NCBI GenBank assembly: GCA_051530055.1
Contig: CM121341.1
Coordinates: 15,478,784 to 15,542,783 of the forward strand
Direction of reading: 5' to 3'
Origin: Neoechinorhynchus agilis
Taxonomy: Eukaryota; Animalia; Acanthocephala
DNA length: 64,000 nt
This document shows positions 60,160-64,000 of this stretch, in pieces (the stretch's first letter is position 1; each line of letters starts with the position of its first letter). The notes beneath the pieces were generated by a model. It had not been told where the DNA came from. It ran no database searches and saw only the letters and a list, made by a program, of their open reading frames with translations. Made by a program: the position numbers and the translations under genes.

Positions 60160-60700
60160 AAATATAGACAAGACAATTGCAACAACATGCACAAACTGGC
60201 GATAATTTGCATCCTAAATATAGAATACCATCTCCAGAAGGTAGTGACTTCGTAGCAATGCTAAAACTCAAGGTATACAAAATTTTCGAAGTGGATAACA
60301 AATGGATTATTCCAGACAATCCACTTCTTTCCAAAACGTACCAAGCTCACATAAATGTAGATTACTGCAACTCCGTTAAGTCCATCAAATACATTTGCAA
60401 ATATTTTAATAAATAAGGTGATAAGGCTGTTTTCGGCCTCACAACTGCAAACACTAATAACGAGGTATCTCAATACCAGTGACGAAGATATATTGGTTGA
60501 AATGAAGCGGAGTGACGAATAATTACGTTTCCCATTCATGAACTCCATTGAACTGTGGCGCATCGCAGTATTCGTTTAGAAAATGGACAAAGAATATACT
60601 TTACACCACATTAATAATGTAGGCATTTCGAAGCGTAACCATCAAACTCTACTTTGACAGCATTCTTCCAATTATATGCAAAAGAAGCGGGTGAAGCTTC
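60160..60700 (+). mobile_element. Helitron Rep/helicase remnant
   Basis: VDNKWIIPDNPLLSKTYQAHINVDYCNSVKSIKYICKY, followed by a broken EA..RI..FPIHE..RLENGQRIYF. Confidence 0.85.
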
Positions 60701-60789
60701 CAATCAATGATGAATCCTTAATCCAACGTCATGTACTTATTTAACAACCTTAGATTGTGAAGTGTGTCGTGCGTATTGATTTTCGTTCT

Positions 60790-61400
60790 TAAGAAATGAG
60801 ACCAATGTACCTTTGGTAATCATAAACACGCCGTTATTCTTTTTTTGAATGTCCGTTCGGGTGGTAATTAGTGTTTATTTCTTGCAGGAGTGCTTGTAGG
60901 GTTGCTCTTTCCTCAGAATCATTTCAGGTTACGATATCCGAGAAGATTGGGCAGTATGGAAAACGGAGCAGAGGTCTAGGGAACGAATTAGGATTAAGAG
61001 TGTTGTGCTCGTGTGAAAAGGAGACGACACGAGGAAGAAATTGTGGTGGTAGGGTTGAGAGGCGTTTTGATTGTTTTGTGAAAATAGCATCAAGGCATTC
61101 GGTAAGAGGGGAAAAGTCAGCTGTGCAAATTTTAGATGTTCTTTTGTGAAGAATTTCAAGACGGCGGATTAGCGATTTGGAAAGGTTGCTAAATACGAGA
61201 TAACCGTAGGTGAGGGAAGGTAAAATAAAGCAGAAGTAAAATTTGTAGAGATCGGTGAAGGGATTCCTAAATGTCAGAGGCCTTTGAGACGACAAATTTT
61301 AAAAGTGTTGTGTTTGAGGGACAGAATGATGCGCGAGTTCCATTTCAAGTTTGATTGAAATTGGATACTTAGAATTCTTAGGGAGGTTACTCGTACGATG
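60790..61400 (-). mobile_element. L2/CR1-group LINE 3' fragment
   Basis: 60980-61400 closely matches 26960-27380; stem-loop ACCA-AAGGTACAT-TGGT at 60798-60819. Confidence 0.85.
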
Positions 61401-62699
61401 TCATTTAGAAGTTGCGGAAGAGGGGTTTATAAACTATTCAAATTTCATAATCCTGTATTACGGAAATTTCCGTCTTTTCATAATTACCGGAAAGATTCCC
61501 AGACTTTCTACCACACTACAAATACAGTCTCAACAACTAAATGGGGCATGATTTCATTCTATTTGAACACAGTGGTCTCCATCTTAAGGATCGTATTACT
61601 TTATCTCATTTCCCTCTTAAAAAGTTTAATGAACAAATTACGCTCTTAATCGATAGAAAGACCTCAGTCTCTTTATTGGATTTTAATAAAATTATCTTTT
61701 ACTCTGCTAACTCGTGCTTGGTAAAGAAAACTTTTATACGTAGAGAATTCAATTCTAAAAAGACCAATTTGATCTTCACACCACCAATACTCTAATCGCA
61801 AACGTTTGTAACAGTTCAGAAATGTACAAATATTATATGTCACAATTTTACATTACATTATATAACGAGGAATCGGAAAGGGACAAGAAAGCTTTTTTTA
61901 TGTCAACCCTACTCTAAACCCTCCTGTAACATTATCTTAAAAAATAAATCTATCAGCTGGAAAGCTAAAGATGCAAGTTGGGTTGGTTCGGTATCTTATC
62001 CTTTGGTCGTTGAATCTATTCTTAATGCCCATAACTTCAGTGCATTCCATATTACAAGACAAGAATTTTAGTTGGAATTTCAGTGAGGAAGAGTTATTAA
62101 GGGCGCGATTAATAATTTTGGAGTTTCACTTTCTATATTCACTAGTGTGAATAAAAAGAACAAATTACTATTTTTAAAACATTTTTATGATAGAATCAAC
62201 ACTGATGAATTAATAGAACTAAATGTTTAAAGAATATCTTCATCCCGAAAAATAAAAGAAGTTAAAATCACCAATGGTTCCCATATTCGAATTATTGCAA
62301 TACAAAACCCTATATTCTCGGTACTTGAACGAGTATTTGAACATAAATGAATTATTTGTTGAAGAGAAATTATATTGCAACTGATTTTCATGGATTCTCT
62401 ACTAGAAGATCCCGCCACTGTGCGGGACAAAGGCTAAAGAATAAGAAGAAGAATTGCCATTGATTGAAATTAAAAGCCTTACATTTCAAAGCATATTTTT
62501 GCTGTGCTAACCACTAAAATCACGAAAATACAAGTTCGAATTGTTTTTTAGATCTTAAGACGACATAATTACAAATAGAAGAGGTAGCGTGAAATGTCAG
62601 TTTTTTGTGCAGCGGAAAACGTTATATCTAATTGAGCTTTGTAGGATATTGGACCCTCCGGGCCCCCCGATGACCGAGGAGGGATCTTCTCGGATATAT

Positions 62700-64000
62700 A
62701 TTCTAGGCGACGGGTTTGTGATTATGAACGGTTGCAAAAGATGGGAGAGCCGTATGCGAGGGAGGGTAAAATAAAGCTGTAGTAAAATTTGGAGAGATCA
62801 GGCTAAAGGACTTAAATGGCGAAAGTGTAATGTGCGAATTTTTATAAAGGCATTCGGTGAGCCCGAGGAAAATTAACTGTGCAAATTTTAGAAGCTTTTC
62901 TATGAAACATTTCAAAGCGACTGTGTTTGTGATGTGGACAGGTTGCGAAAGGCGAGATGACCGAAGGTGAGGGATGGGTAAAATATAGTTGTTGTGAAAT
63001 TTGGAGAGAGCGTGTGATTTGAATCCGAAATGGCGGAGGCGTTTGAGGAAGTAAATGGTGAAGCTATTACGTTTGAGGGAAAGTGTAATGTGCGAGTCCT
63101 ATTTAAGATTTGATTGAAATTGGATACCCAGAATTCTGAGCGAGATCGGGTTAGGATATGGAGGCCGCGGAAGATTGAGGGGATGTTTTCGAAGTATTTA
63201 AAGAAGTTCACTTAGAGTTTGTGGGTGGTGTAGAAATCTTCGATGTGTGTGATTTCGTTAAAGGTTAAGAAGAGGGAGAGGTGGAAGGGTGATTTTGTGA
63301 TGGGAGTGAGATCGTCGGCATATAAAGAAAGTTTAGCGTGAGAGGCGAGAGGTTTGAGGTCGTTTAGGAAAATATTAAAAAGAAGTGGTGACAGCACCTT
63401 GAGATACGCCTTTGGTGAGGGATAGAGTGATCGAGGAGGTAGATAGGCAGTGAATGTATTGTATGCGATTGTGAAGATAAGATTCGAGCCAGCGGATCTG
63501 CCACGCGTTTGGACCGAAATCTGAGCAGGCCCGGAGAAGGAGTGAATTGTCACCGGAGTCGAATTCTGTCGATAAATCAAATTGAATGAGACGGGTGACG
63601 TGGGAGGGATTATTGTCGAGGTTACGTAGAAGCGTGTCATAAATGCAAAGTAAGTCGTCGGTTGCAGAAAATCTGGGCCGTAAGAATGAGAAGTGAAAGA
63701 AGGCAAGATTTAAAACATTTTTCGATGAATTTTGAAGGAGCGGGTAGAATGGATATTAAACGGAATGATTCGGCGGAAATATGATGGCCTTTTTCGGAAT
63801 ATAAAAAGCTGAGGTTTATAATGTGGATAAGAAGGTCGGTGAGTTCGTAGATGATGTAGCAAAGAACTCAGTTTGGGATTTCTGATTACGAGGACGAATT
63901 TTTAGGTAATTTCATGAGATACTTTAGTACTTCATATGATGAAACTAAGGGGAGTATACGCGAGTTGACAAAAGTTTCGGATGTGGGCGTGAAAGATTGT
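62700..64000 (-). mobile_element. L2/CR1-group LINE RT fragment running off the window end
   Basis: 63290-63670 is nearly identical to 27525-27905; LYADDLT, THIEDF..THKL.LNF, ILGIQFQSNL. Confidence 0.88.

Noticed and set aside
1-64000. tRNA, rRNA, snRNA, SL RNA genes and CRISPR arrays
   Set aside because: No cloverleaf with A/B boxes, rRNA signature, or regularly spaced repeat-spacer array was seen by eye; tRNAscan-SE and Rfam scans would be needed to exclude them formally.

Overview
Eukaryotic (animal) genomic DNA, AT-rich, with compact ~50-65 bp introns; the species cannot be named from the sequence. No prokaryotic features, CRISPR arrays, rRNA or tRNA genes were recognised. Host genes: PNPLA8-like patatin phospholipase (5' partial), an orphan RRM-like ORF, makorin-like RING protein, FIS1 plus a partial tandem duplicate, MRM3-like SpoU methyltransferase, a divergent intronless TFIIB, a divergent 7TM receptor, a neuronal calcium sensor, RPL35A, AAR2, Abitram/FAM206A-like, a divergent cytochrome c, Rap1GAP-family GAP, a possible DOMON protein, an RDH12-like SDR and a kexin/furin-family convertase apparently lacking its prodomain. 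Much of the rest is transposon-derived: a near full-length I/Jockey-group LINE, several L2/CR1-group LINE pieces sharing a 3' stem-loop, four CRE-like restriction-endonuclease LINE fragments, an internally deleted Ty3/Gypsy element, hAT and Helitron remnants, MITE-like palindromes and many Penelope-like pieces. The most striking unexplained structure is a dispersed set of at least five sequence families of minimal hammerhead-ribozyme-like motifs (CTGANGAN-stem II-GAA-palindrome-H), mostly in head-to-head palindromes, including copies in the AAR2 intron and just downstream of the convertase stop codon. A candidate GA-AG intron in Rap1GAP, whose internal GT is buried in a hairpin, is also notable. 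All homology calls are by-eye motif recognition, not database searches; boundaries of decayed elements are approximate.
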